NCBI RefSeq assembly: GCF_009914755.1
Contig: NC_060926.1
DNA length: 64,000 nucleotides
DNA from: the human T2T-CHM13v2.0 reference genome, Homo sapiens
Direction: 5' to 3' (one strand)
The notes under the pieces were generated by a model, which was not told the origin of the DNA, did no database searches, and worked only from the letters and a program-made list of their open reading frames with translations. The position numbers were made by a program, and so were the translations under genes. This document shows positions 28,306 through 41,439 of the stretch, piece after piece (the stretch's first letter is position 1; the number at the start of each line of letters is the position of its first letter).

Positions 28306-31300
28306 TTTTTTTTAAATCATAAATTCAGGGGGTACTTGTGCAGGTTTGTTACATGGGTATATTGCACAATGGTGGTAGTTTGGGATTCTAGTGAACCCTT
28401 CACCCAAATAGTAAACATAATACATAATGGGTAGTTTTTCAGCCCTCGCCCCTCTTGCTCCCTCCCTCATTTTGCAGTCCCCAGTGTCTGCTGTTTCCAT
28501 CTTTATGTCCATGTGTATCCATTGTTTAACTTCAACTTATGAGTGATAACATGTGATATTTGATTTTCTGTTTCTGGGTTATTTCACTTAGAAAAACTTC
28601 CAGCTGCATCTATGTGGCTGCAAAGGACATGATTTCATTTTTTATAACTGGATAGTATATCTTGGTATCTACATCACATTTTCTTAATCCAATCCACCAC
28701 TGATGGACACTAAGATTGCTATTGTTAATAGTGCTGTTATAAACGCATGAGTGCGAGTGTTTTTTGATCAAACAATTTCTTTTCCTTTGGGTAGACACCC
28801 CATAGTAGGATTTCTGGGTTGAATGGTAGTTCTGCTTTTAGTTCTTTAAGAAATCTCCGTACTGTTTTCCATAGTGGTTGAACTAATATACATTCCCACC
28901 AGTAATGTATAAACATTCCCTTTTCTCTGCATTGTGGCAAAAATCTGTTATTTTCTGATTTGTTAATAATAGCCATTCTGACTGTTGTGAGATGGTATTA
29001 CATTGTGGTTTTGATTCACATATCTCTGATGATTAGTGATTCTGAGCATATTTTCATGTTTCTTTACGACTTGTATGTTGTCTTTTGAGAATTGTCTGTT
29101 TAATGTTGTTTTGTCTTATTGATTAAATTCCTTATAGATTTTTAATGTTGTTTTGTCTTATTGATTAAATTCCTTATAGATTTTTAATGTTGTTTTGTCT
29201 TATTGATTAAATTCCTTATAGATTTGCAAATATATTCTCCCATTCTGTAAGTTATCTCTTTACTCTGTTGATTGTTTCTTATGCTATGCAAAAATTCTTT
29301 AACTAAGTCACATTTGTCTATTTTTGTTTGCATTTGCTTTCTAAGTCTTACTCATGCATTCTTTGCGTAGGTCAATGTCCAGAAGAGTTTTCCTATGAGT
29401 TTTCTTAGGGTTTTTGTAGTTTAAAGTCTTACACTTAAGTCTTTAGTCTATCTTGATTTAATTTTTGTATATGTTGAAATATAAGGGTCTGGTTACCTTC
29501 TGCTGAATGTGGCTAGCCAGTTTTCCCAGCACCATTTATTTAATAGAATGTCCTTTCCCCATTGTTTATCTGTGTTGAATTTGTTGAATATTGGTTGTAG
29601 GTGTTTGATGTTTGGTTTGATTTCTGGGTTCTCTATTCTATTACATTGACTTGCGTTCCTATGTTTATACCAGTACCATGCTGTTTTGGTTACCACAGGC
29701 TTGTAGTATAGTTTGAAGTCGGGTAATGTGATGCTTCCTGCTCTGTTCCTTTTGCTTGGGAATGCTTTAGCAATTCTGGCTCTTCTTTGGTTCTGTATGA
29801 ATTTTAGAATTTTTAATGATACTGTGAAAAACGATGTTGGTAATTTGATAGGAATTGTGTTGAATCTATAGATTGCTTAGAGCACCATGGTCATTTTAAC
29901 AATATTGATTCTTCTAATATGTGAGCAGAAAATGAATTTCCATTTGTTTATGTCATTTATGCTTTCTTTCTTCAGTGTTTTGTAGTTCTCTTTGTACACA
30001 TCTTTCACGTCGTTGGATAAATGTATTGCTGGATTTTTAATCTTTGTGTATGGCTATTGTAAATTGAGTTTTTGATTTGGTTCTCAGCTTGAACATTATT
30101 AGTGTAGAGAAATGCTACTTATTTTTCCACATTGATTTTGTATCCTAAAATTTTACTAAAGTTGTGTATCAGATCTGGTAGTTTTTTAGAATTTTTGGCG
30201 TTTTCTAGGCATAGGATCATGTCATCAGTGAGCAGAGATAACACAACATTCTCTTTTCCTACTTGGTAGGAAACTTAGTAGTTTATTTTCTTGCCTGATT
30301 GATCTGACAAGAACTCCAGTACTATGCTGAATAGGAATGGTGAGAGTGGGTATCCTTGTCTTGTTCCAGTTCTTACGGGAAATGTTTTCAACTTTTGCCC
30401 ACTCAGTATGATGTTGGCTTTGGGTTTGTCATAGATAGTTCAGGTATGTTGCATTGATGCCTAGTTTGTTGAAGGCTTTTCATCATGAAGGGATGTTAGA
30501 TTGTATAAAATATTTTTTTCTGTATCTATTGGGATAGTCATATGGTTTTTGTTTTTAATTCTATTTATGTGGTTAATCGCCTTTATTGATTTGTGTATGT
30601 TCAACCACTTTTGCATTTTCAGGAATAAAGCCCAACTGATTTTGATAAATTATCTTTTTACGTGCTGTTGCATTTGGTTTGCTGGAATTTTGTTGAGGAT
30701 TTTTGCATTTCTACACATCGGGAACATTGGTCTATTTTTTGTTTGTTTGTTTTCCTTGCCATATTTTGGTATCAGGATGATACTGGTTTTATAAACTTAA
30801 TTAAGGAGAAATCTCCCCTTAATCTTTTGGAATAGTTTTAGTAAGATTGGTAAAATCTCTTCTTTGTACTTCTGACAGAATTTGGCTCTGAATTCATCTG
30901 GTTCTGGGCTTTATTTTGTTGGGAGATTATTTTTATTACTGATTCAATTTTACTACTCATTTACTACTCATCTGTTCAGGATTTCAATTTCTTCCTGGTT
31001 TTATCTTGAAAGGTTGTATATTTCCAGGATTTTATCCATTTTCTCTAGGTTTTCTAGTTTGTACGCTTAGAGAGGGTTATAGCAGACTCCAAGTAGCTGT
31101 AGTATTTCTTTGGTGTCAGTTGGAATATCACCGTTGCCATTTCTGACTATGCTGATTTGAATTGTCTGTTTTTTTTTCTTGGTTAACGTAGCTATCAGTC
31201 TACCAATTTTGATTATCCTTTCAAAGATTAAGCTTATAATTTTGTTTCCTCTTTTTATAGTGTTTCTGGTCTCAATTTCATTTAGTCTTGCTGTAATCTT

Positions 31301-32640
31301 TTAAATTTCTTTTCTTCTTCTAGCTTTGGTTTTCTTTTTTCTTGTTTTTTTGAGTTCCTTTAGGTGTGACATTAGGGTGTTAATTTGAAAGTGTTCTATA
31401 TTTTCATGTAGACATTTAGTGCTATAAACTCTTCTCTTAACACTTATTTTGCTGTATCCCAGGGGTTTTGGTATGTCATCTCTATTTACATTAATTTCAA
31501 TTTTCTTATTTCTGTCTTACTTTCACCATTTATAAAAAGTCATTCCAGAGCAAGTTGTTTAGTTTTCATATACTTATGTGGTTTTTGAAATTTCCTCTTT
31601 TCACCGATTTTTTTTTAATTCCACAGTAGTCTGAGAAGATGCTTTATATAATTTTGATTTTTTTGAATTTTTTGAGATTTACTTTATTACTAGCAGGTAG
31701 TCAATTTTAGAGACTGTTCCATGCACGGATGAGAAGAATATATTTTCTATGGTTGTTTGATGGAGGATTTCACAGATGTTTATTAGGTCCATTTGTTCAA
31801 AAGTCCAATTTAAGTCCAGAGCTTGTTAATTTTCTGTCTTGATGATCTGCCTAGTGCTAATGGTGGGATGTTGAAATTCCCCGCTATGATTATATGTCTT
31901 TTGATCTCTTTTCTAAGTCTAGTGATGTTTGTTATAGAAATCTGGGTGCTCTGAAGTTGAACCCATGTATATTTAGAAGAGTTAAATCTTCTGGTTCAAT
32001 TGAACCCTTTATCAATATATAATTGCCCTTCCCTGTCTTTTTTTACTTTATTTATAGTTTGTTTTATATGACACAAGAACAGCAACACCTGCTGTTTTTT
32101 GTTTTCCACTTGCATGATCTTTCTCCATCCCTTTACTTTGAACCTATTGTGTCATTACATGTGTGATGGATCTCTTAAAGGCAGCAGAAGGTTAGGCTTT
32201 GTTCTGTTTTAATCCAATTTCCCACTCTGTGTCTTTTAAATGGAGCATTTAAGCCTATTACGTTCAAGGTTAATATTGATATGTGAGATTTTGTTCCAGT
32301 CATAGTTTTGTTAGCTACTTTGTAGTTTTAATTGTGTAACAGCTTTACAGGATTTCTTAGCTTTCTATTCATTTGTACCTTTATGTTAGCAAGTATTGTT
32401 CTTTTGTTTCAATGTTTAGAACTCCTTTGTGCACTTCCTGTAAGGTCAATCTGGTGGTGACAGATTCCCTTAGTGTATCCTTGTCTGGAAAATACTTTAC
32501 TTTATTACTCCTTTGTATATGAAGCTTAGCTGAAGCGTAGTTTGGCAGAACATGAAATTCTTTGCTGGCATTTTTTTTTTTTTCCTGTATGAAGGCTAAA
32601 ATAATTATTGTATGCATCCAGCCTCTTCTGGCTTGTATGG
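28306..32640 (-). mobile_element. L1PA15-17-like LINE-1, about 4.3 kb, 5'-truncated in ORF1
   Basis: 3'UTR gggggtacttgtgcaggtttgttacatgggtatattgc; ORF2 remnants ([20 protein letters not shown]-like); ORF1 C-terminus (KYFPDKDTLRESVTTRLTLQEVHKGVLNIETKEQY). Confidence 0.9.
29099..29225. repeat. 42-bp perfect tandem repeat, 3 copies
   Basis: taatgttgttttgtcttattgattaaattccttatagattt recurs at 29101, 29143 and 29185. Confidence 0.97.
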
Positions 32641-33896
32641 TTGTTATTTAAATTAATGTATGCATTCAGTTCAATCCCATCAAAATCCTAACTGCCTTTT
32701 TTGTAGAAATTTGCAAGCTGCAAATCTAAATTTTGTAGAAATTTGCAAGCTGATCCTTTTCAATTTTAAGACTTACCTCGAAACTACTCTTTTCAAAACA
32801 GTGTGGTAGTGACATAAAGATAGACATATAGACCAAAAAGAATAGAATCGAAAGTCCAGAAATAAACTCAAGTTTTTCGTAAATTTATTTTCAAAAAGTT
32901 TTCCAAGACAAGTAAATGGGAAAGGAACCCTCTTTTTTAGCAAATAATGCTGGGACAACTGGATATCCAAATGCAAAATCATCCTACCTCACAACACGCA
33001 CAAAATTTAACTCAGAATTGATCAAAGAACTGCATTTAAGAGCTAAAATAATAATACTCTTAGAACATATAGATATAAATCTTAACATGGATTATGTAAT
33101 TATTTCCTAGATTGACACACACACAAAAACACCAAAGAAAAAGATAAATTTGACTTTATCAGGATAAAAATTTTGTTCTTCAAAGACACTATTAAAAAGT
33201 GAAAATGTAAGTCCGAGAATAGTAGGAATATTTACAAATAATTTACCCAATAAGAATCTAATATCTACAGTATATTAAAGAACTCACAACTCAACAATAA
33301 AAAAACAAACAACCTAATTTAAAATGGATATAATAGATATTTCTATAAAGAAGATATACAGATGGCCAATAAGCTCATAAAAAGATGCCCAATGTTATTA
33401 ATCAATAGGGAAATACATATTGTGGTCAAACCCACAATGATATATACCACTTTACTCACACTAGGATCAAAAGACAGATAATATCAAATCCTGGGAGGAG
33501 TGAAGAGAAACTGGAATCTTTTGCTAGTGAATATGTAAAATGATGAAGCCCCTTTATAAAACAGTCTGATAATTGTTCACAAGATTAAACTCACTCTATG
33601 ACTGAGGATTTCTACTGCTGGGTACATAACAAAGAATTTAAAACATATTTCCACACAAAAACTTGTACATGAATGTTTATAGGAGCATTACTCATAATAG
33701 CCAAAATGTGGAAACAGTGCAAATGTTTGTCAACTGCTGAATGGTTAAACAATATATGGTATAGCCATAAAATGGAATATCATTCAGACATAAAAAAGAA
33801 TATTGATTCAGGCTACAATATGAATGAACCTTAAGAAATGTATGCACAGTGAAAGAAGCCAGACACAAAAGGCCATATACTACATGGTTTTATTTA

Positions 33897-34313
<417 letters not shown>

Positions 34314-34449
34314 CTACTGAGAAATATGAGACTCTCTTGAGGATGATAAAAATGTTCCGTGATTAGAGAGTGGTGATGGGTGTATAACTGTGAATATATT
34401 ATAATTCATTGAATTATAATTTTTAAAAAGGTGAATATTAATATTAAAA

Positions 34450-34735
34450 TGATGAAAGAGGTAGTACTGGCTAGATTCCCAGGGAAACCACAAGTGTAGG
34501 AGAGCAGCTATGACCTATAGTAGGACTAGTCATCAATCCATGGTGTGACAGGGAAAGAATAAATAGTAAGTCCTTTCCTCCTCTGTCTTATCTCATGCCA
34601 ATGTTCCCAATCAGTTAACTTCAACCAGAATCTGGAATTGAAAAGACCCTTAAAGATGCAGTCAGGCTTCCAGACATGGAGAAGGAACAGAAGTGTAGTA
34701 CTTAGACACGGAAAGGAAATTGAGAATATCTACAC
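34450..34735 (-). mobile_element. LTR33-like (ERVL) fragment
   Basis: caaccagaatctgga...gatgcagtcaggcttcc...ggaaattgagaatatctacac resembles the LTR33 5' end in reverse. Confidence 0.5.
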
Positions 34736-35139
34736 CAACTCTCAAAGTCTGGATAGTCTTCACTCTGTTGAGATGCCCATTAACATTACTTGCAAGTCAT
34801 AATACACCCAACTTTTGTATTCTCACTGAATTTTATGACTTTATTATAGTACAATTACTCCTGTATTCAGCACTAATTACTTCTATATATATCTTCCCCA
34901 ATTAGAGAACAAAATGATGATCAGAAAATGTTAGGAATTGTGATCTGAGAAGTCATGATAAATGTTACATAGGTTGATTTTTTAAGTTGTATAGGCTGTG
35001 AAAAACTGGAGGGAATCACTTCAGGTGGAGATAATAGTACATTTAAAGAATCAAAATGGAATTAGATAAATAAGCTTTCTCATTTTTTAGCTAACAGTTA
35101 CAACACATATGAGGACTAAAAAAAAAAAATGCAGGTCCC

Positions 35140-35265
35140 ACCAGGCACAGTGCTTCATGCTTGTAATCCCAGCACTTTGGGAGGCTAAGGCAGGAAGCTT
35201 GCTTGAGCCCAGGAGTTCAAGGCCATCCTGGGCAATAGAGTGAGACCTCATCTCTATTAAAAAAA
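35140..35265 (+). mobile_element. FLAM_C (free left Alu monomer)
   Basis: ccaggcacagtgcttcatgcttgtaatcccagcactttggg...gcttgagcccaggagttcaagg...gtgagacctcatctcta; TSD-like aaaaaaatgcaggt on both sides. Confidence 0.88.
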
Positions 35266-38081
35266 ATGCAGGTGCCTATATCTAACTCAAGTTGATGAAT
35301 TAGAACTTGTGTAGGAGTCATTGTTATAACTAGTGTCCTGGAGAACAGGGACCATGCCTTACTCATATATGTATCTTTCAGACCAAGTATAGAGCAATTT
35401 TGCAATATAATATGAACTGAAGCTCTCCCCATAATTGTATATACACATAAATCAGTAAAAGTAACTATTTTGCTCACTCTGTGACCACCATGGCCAAATT
35501 GTATCAAAGATGTTTGCCATAAATTACTCCTTAATATTCAAGTTACAAAACAGGTGGCCAATTGCAAAATTCTTGGGAATCTTGTCAAATGGCTCAATTT
35601 TTGTAGGTAAACTCTATTGATTCGGCCTCTTTTTGCAGCCCTGAGAATGAGCATCTACAAACCTTATTAATGCCATCAGTTTCCATATTTCAATGCAAGG
35701 CATTTTATGGGAACCTGTCATTAACAGTGTAAAAACTAATTGCAAGTTGCATGCTACATTAATTTTTCCCATAAACAAACATCTGAGAAGTAAAACATAT
35801 GCTGCTAAAGAACTGATAATTTTATCTTCATACCTGCCAAGACAGATGGAGGGCACCACAGACACAGAATTTTGATAAGCAGAGGATTGCAAACCATCAC
35901 ACGCTTTTGTAAGGTCTTGACAAGTTTTGTGATCTGATGTCACATGTATACCTGTAGGTATCATTTTCCTACATCAGCTTCCTGTTATTTTTGAACTCAT
36001 ATTTTTGATGGAATATGAATATTCAGAGTGAGAGATAGTCCTGTGTGATTACTGTACTCTAAATCAAGCATATGGCTTTGAGTATTGTACTCCTGAGCTA
36101 ATATTTGTCTGAAGAAATACATAGTCCTTCCTGTGGCTTCATACTTCAAGATGTCTAGATGAGCTAAGACAGATGGCTCTCTTTTTTCTTCGGTTAATTA
36201 AATATACTTCTTTGAGTAATCTTGTCAGGGGATTCTCTAAGGATTAAGTCTCATGTACAATCTGATTCAAATAAAGGGGTTTCTGACAAGTAAGTGCCCT
36301 ACACATATTTTCTAGGTCATGTTAAAGCCAACAAAATATATATCCATTTTCAGTTTATAGAAAAAAAGAACTATAGTTAGGCATGTCATTATTTCTCTTT
36401 TTATCGTTAGAAACCTAAAGAATGTAAGATAAATGATATCAGGAATGTGCTAGATAGGAGGCAGGACTAAATTGCAGCTCCCACTCAGACAGAGCAGCGT
36501 GTGGAGACTCACACTGTGAAATTTTGCTCCAAGAACTACTGTAGGAACACACCAAGAAAGCCGAGAGAATCTACAGATCCTTTGAAGGAAATGGATTGCT
36601 CCTACAGGACCCTGGAGACAGCCCAAATACTGTGAGAGCCCGAAGTGTGAAAGTGTAAAAGGGGGATCATCTGCCCCCAGACACACACCCTCACTGGGGA
36701 GTCTGAAGGTCCAGGTTACAGTAGAAGGATCTGACCTTACCTGGAGCTGAGATAACTTAGAGAGCCAAGCAAAATTCAGGAGTAGAGGAAACAGCAGGAA
36801 GAATCCTGTGGGCACTTTCGGTCCCTACAAAAGACATTTCTGACATTGTCTCACAGAGTTCTTTGGGGAGGACTGCCAGAGGAACTGGGAAAAGATCACA
36901 TGGAGAAGGAAACCTCCAGCTGAACTTTGTAACAATTCTAACTGAACATAAAGTTTCTTGGACAGAACTTGGGGGAGGAGGTGACTCCAGAGTACAGATG
37001 TGGGCAGGCAGGGAGGCGTGAAACCTGGAAGCCCCGCTCCCTTTTTCAACTGGGAGGCTGTTAGCCTGGGGCAAGTTCTCAGCCCTACTCGCCCATTGCC
37101 TGGAAACAAACTCCGTGCTGTTGGGGTGGGGCACAGTGGGAGTGAGACCAGCCTTTTGGGTTGCATGGGAGTTGGGTGAGGCCTGTATCTGCCGGCTTCC
37201 CCAATTTCCCTGGAAACCTGCATGACACAGCAGAGACAGCCAGAATCCTCCTGGGAATATAACTGCAATGACCTGGGAAGGACACCCCAGCCCTGACAGC
37301 AGCCACAGCAAGCCCTGCCCAAGGAGAATCTGACCTCAGACACGCCTAAACCTGCCCCCACCTGATGGTCTTTTTCTATCTGCCCTGCTGACTGAAGTCA
37401 AAGGTCATTTCTCTTGGGAGTTCTAGGGCTCCACCCACTACCTGATCCTACATTACCACAGCTGATGCTCTCTTGAAAGCATCTCCTCTTTGCAGGAGGC
37501 AAACCAGCACAAAACTAGTGCAATAAACAACAATCATACAACTAAGGACCCTCACAAAGTCCATTTCACTCTTTTTGCACCTCCACTGAAGCAGGTGCTG
37601 CTATACATGGCTGAGAGACTGCAACACAGTTCACATCATAGGACTTTGTGTGGACACCCCCCACAAAAACCAGCCCAGAATCCAGTAGCCCCCTGGATGG
37701 CTAGATCCAGAAGAAAAATAACAATCACCACAGCCCGGCTCTCAGGAAGCCCCATCCCTAGGAAAATGGAGAGAGTACTACATTAAGGGATCACCCCAAG
37801 GGAGAAAATAATCTGAACAGCAGACCTTTAGCCTGAGATCTTCCCTCTGACATAGCCTACTCAAAGGAGGAGAATCCAGAAAAATAATTCTGGTAATATG
37901 ACAAAATGGATTTCTTTAACACCATCAATAAGCCACACTATCTCATGAGCAATGGCTCCAAACCAAGAAGAAATCCCTGATTTTCCAGAAAAAGAATTCA
38001 GAAGATTGATTATTAAGCTAATCAAGGAGGCACCAGAGAAAGGTCAAGTCCAATTTAATGAAATAAAAAAAATTATAAAGA

Positions 38082-40613
38082 TGCATTAGTCTGTGTTTAC
38101 ACGGCTGAAAAACACATACCCAAAACTGGGAACAAAAAGAGGTTTAACTGGACTTAACAGTTTCACATGGCTGATGAGCCCTCAGAATCATGGCAGGAGG
38201 TGAAAGGCGCTTCTTATATGGTGGTGGCAAGAGAAAATGAAGAAGAAGCAAAATGGAAACCCCTGATAAACCCACCAGATCTCATGAGACTTATTCACCG
38301 TCATAAGAATAGCATGGGAAAGAATGGTCCCCATGATTCAATTTTATCTCCCCGGGTGCCTCCCACAACACATGGGAATCCTGCGAGATACAATCCAACT
38401 TGAGATTTGGGTGGGGACATAGCCAAACCAATCACTCTACCACTAGTCCCTCCAAATCTCATGTCCTCCAATTTCAAAACCAATCATGCTTTCCCAACAG
38501 TCCCCCCAAAGTCTTAACTCATTTCAGTATTAACCCAAAAGTCCACAGTCCAAAGTCTCATGTAAGACAAGACAATCCTTTCCACCTATAAGCCTGCACA
38601 ATCAAAAGCAAGCTAGTGGCTGGGCACAGTGGCTCATGCCTGTAATCCCAGCACTTTGGGAGGCCAAGGCAGGCAGCTCACGAGGTCAGGAGATTGAAAC
38701 CATCCTGGCTAACACGGTGAAACCCTGTCTCTACTAAAAAAAAAAAAAAAGGCCGGACGTGGTAGCGGGCGCCTGTAGTCCCAGCTACTCGGGAGGCTGA
38801 GGCGGGAGAATGGTGTGAACCCAGGAGGTGGAGCTTGCAGTGAGCTGAGATCACGTGCAAGCTAGTTACTTCTTAGATACAATGGGGATATAAGTATTGG
38901 GTAAATACAGCCGTTCCAAGTGAGAATAATTGGCCAAAATAAACGGGTTACAAGGCCCAGGCAAGTCCAAAATCCAATGGTGCAGTCAAATGTTAAAGTT
39001 CCAAAATGATTTTATTTGACTCCAGGTCTCACATCCAGGTCACACTGATGCAAAAGGTGTCTTCCCATGGCCTTGGGCAGCTCTGCCTCTGTGACTTGAC
39101 AGGGTACAGCCTACCTCCTGGCTGCTTTCACAGGCTGGCATTGAGTGTCTGTGTCTTTTCTAGGTGCATGGTGCAAACTGTTGGTGGATCTACTGTTCTG
39201 GGTTCTGGAGGACGGTGGTCCTCTTCTCACAGCGCCACTAGGCAGTGCCCCAGTAGGGACTCTGTATGGGGCTCTGATCCCACATTTTCCTTCTGCACTG
39301 CCCTAGCAGAGGTTCTCCATGAAGTCCCTGCCCCTGAAGCAAACTTTTGCCTGGGCATCCAAATGTTTCCATGCATCTTCTGAAAGCTAGGTGGAGGTTC
39401 CTAAACCTCAATTCTTGACTCACAGTTTCCCATAGGCTCAACACCATGTGGAAACTGTCAAGGCTTGGGGCTTGCACCCTCTGAAGCCACAACCTGAGCT
39501 CTGCGTTGGCTCCTTTCAACCACTGCTGGAGTGGCTGGGACCCAGGACACCAAGTCCCTAGACTGAAAACAGCACCGGGACCCTCAGCCTGACCCATGGA
39601 ACCACATTTTCCTCCTTGGCCTCTTGGCCTGTGATGGGAGGGGCTGCCGTGAAGGTCTCTGACATGGCCTGTAGACATTTTCCCCATGGTCTTGGTGATT
39701 AACATTAGGCTCCATGCTACTTATGCAAATATCTGCAGCCGGCTTGAATTTCTCCTCAAAAAAATGGGTTTTCCTTTTCTGTGGCATTGTCAGGCTGCAA
39801 ATTTCTGAACTTTTATTCTGTGTTTCCCTTTTAAAACAGAATGCTTTTAAGACCACACAAGTCACATTTTGAATGCTTTGCTGCTTAGAAATTTCTTCTA
39901 CCAGATACCCTAAATCATCTCTCTCAAGTTCAAAGTTCCACAGATCTCTAGAGCAGGGGCAAATTTCCCCCATTTTCTTTGCTAAAACATAACAAGAGTT
40001 AACTTTGCTCCAGTTCCCAACAAGTTCCTCATCTCCATCTAAGATCACCTCAGCTTGGACCTTAGTGTTCATATCACTATCAGCATTTTGGTCAAAGCCA
40101 TTCAACAAGTCTCTAGGAGGTTCCAAACTTTCCCACATTTTCCTGTCTTCTTCTGAGCCCTCCAAACTGTTGCAACCTCTGCCTGTTACCCAGTTCCAAA
40201 GTCGCTTCCATATTATCGGGTATCTTCAGCAATGCCCTACTCTACTGGTACCAATGTACTGTATTAGTCCATTTTCACGCTGCTGATAGAGACATACGCA
40301 AAACTGGGAACAAAAAGAGGTTTAATTTGACTTACATTTCCACATGACTGGGGAGGCCTCAAAATCATGGCTGGAGGTGAAGGGCACTTCTTATGTTGTG
40401 GCGGCAAGAGAAAATCAGGAAGAAGCAAAAGTGGAAACCCATGATAAATCCATCAGATCTCATGAGACTTATTCATTATCATGAGAAGAGATCTGGAAAG
40501 ATCGGCCCGCATGATTCAATTACCTACCCCTCAGTCACTCCCACAACACATGAGAATTCTGGGAGATACAATTCAAGTTGCGATTTGGGTGAGGACACAG
40601 CCAAACCATATCA
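38082..40613 (-). mobile_element. Complete THE1C (ERVL-MaLR): two LTRs plus internal region
   Basis: Direct-repeat LTRs at 38082-38434 and 40260-40613 ending ccaaacca(t)atca. Internal MaLR ORF remnant 39584-40165 (EGSEEDRKMWESLE...). Degenerate 5-bp TSD aaaga/caaaa. Confidence 0.93.
38618..38856 (+). mobile_element. AluY, 3'-truncated, no poly(A), inside THE1C-int
   Basis: AluY diagnostics; stops at gagatcacgt. TSD gcaagctagt at 38608-38617 and 38857-38866. Confidence 0.93.
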
Positions 40614-41419
40614 CAAAATATGAAGGAAGAAATCTTCAGTGATAGATAGCATAAATGAAAAACAATCAGAACTTCTGGAAATCAAGGACAAACTTATAGC
40701 AATGCAAAATGCACTAAAATGTCTCAGCCACAGAATCAAACAAGCAGAAGAAACATCAGAGCTTGAAGACAAGATTTTTGAATTAACTCAATCCAACAAA
40801 GACAAAAAAGAATAAGAAAATTATAAAGCCTCCATGAAGTTTGAGATTATGTTAAATGACCAAACCTAAGAATAATTGGCATTCCTGAGAAAGAAGAGAA
40901 ATCTAAAAGTTTGGAAAGCCTACCTGGGAAAATAATAAAGAAAAAACTTTCCTGGACTTGCTAGAGATCTAGACATCCAAATACAAGAAGCTCAAATAAC
41001 ACCTGGTAAATTCATCACAAAAAGATCATTGCCTAGGCACATAGTTATTGGGTTATCTAAACTCAAGACAAAGGAAGAAATATTAAGAGACATGAGGCAA
41101 AATCACCAGGTAACCTATAAGGGAAAATCTATCAGATTAACTGCAGATTTTTCAGCAGAAACCCTGCAAACTAGAAGGGATTGGGCCCTATATTCAGCCT
41201 CCTTAAACAAAATAATGATGAGCCCAGATCTTTGTATTCAGGGAAACTAACCTTCATAAATGAAGGAAAGATACAGTCATTTTCAGACAAACAAATGCTG
41301 AGGGAAGATGCCACTACCAAACCAGCACTATAACAGCTGCTAAAAGGAGCTCTAAGTTTTGAAATAAATCCTTGAAATACTCCTTAAAGCATACATCTCA
41401 GAAGACCTATAAAACAACA

Positions 41420-41439
41420 GCACACACACACACACACAC
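41420..41439. repeat. (CA)n microsatellite in the L1PB1 inter-ORF spacer
   Basis: cacacacacacacacacac. Confidence 0.85.

Noticed and set aside
29099-29225. CRISPR-like appearance of the 42-bp repeats (and the 25-bp repeats at 25364-25436)
   Set aside because: Units are head to tail with no unique spacers, there are no cas genes, and the DNA is primate.
36450-37786. Long overlapping ORFs (121-184 aa) that could suggest a gene
   Set aside because: They lie in the GC-richer L1PB1 5'UTR, where stops are scarce, and show no recognisable domain.
39006-40286. ORFs up to 193 aa, the longest in the track
   Set aside because: Known MaLR internal ORF remnant and its alternative frames; frameshifted and not a host gene.
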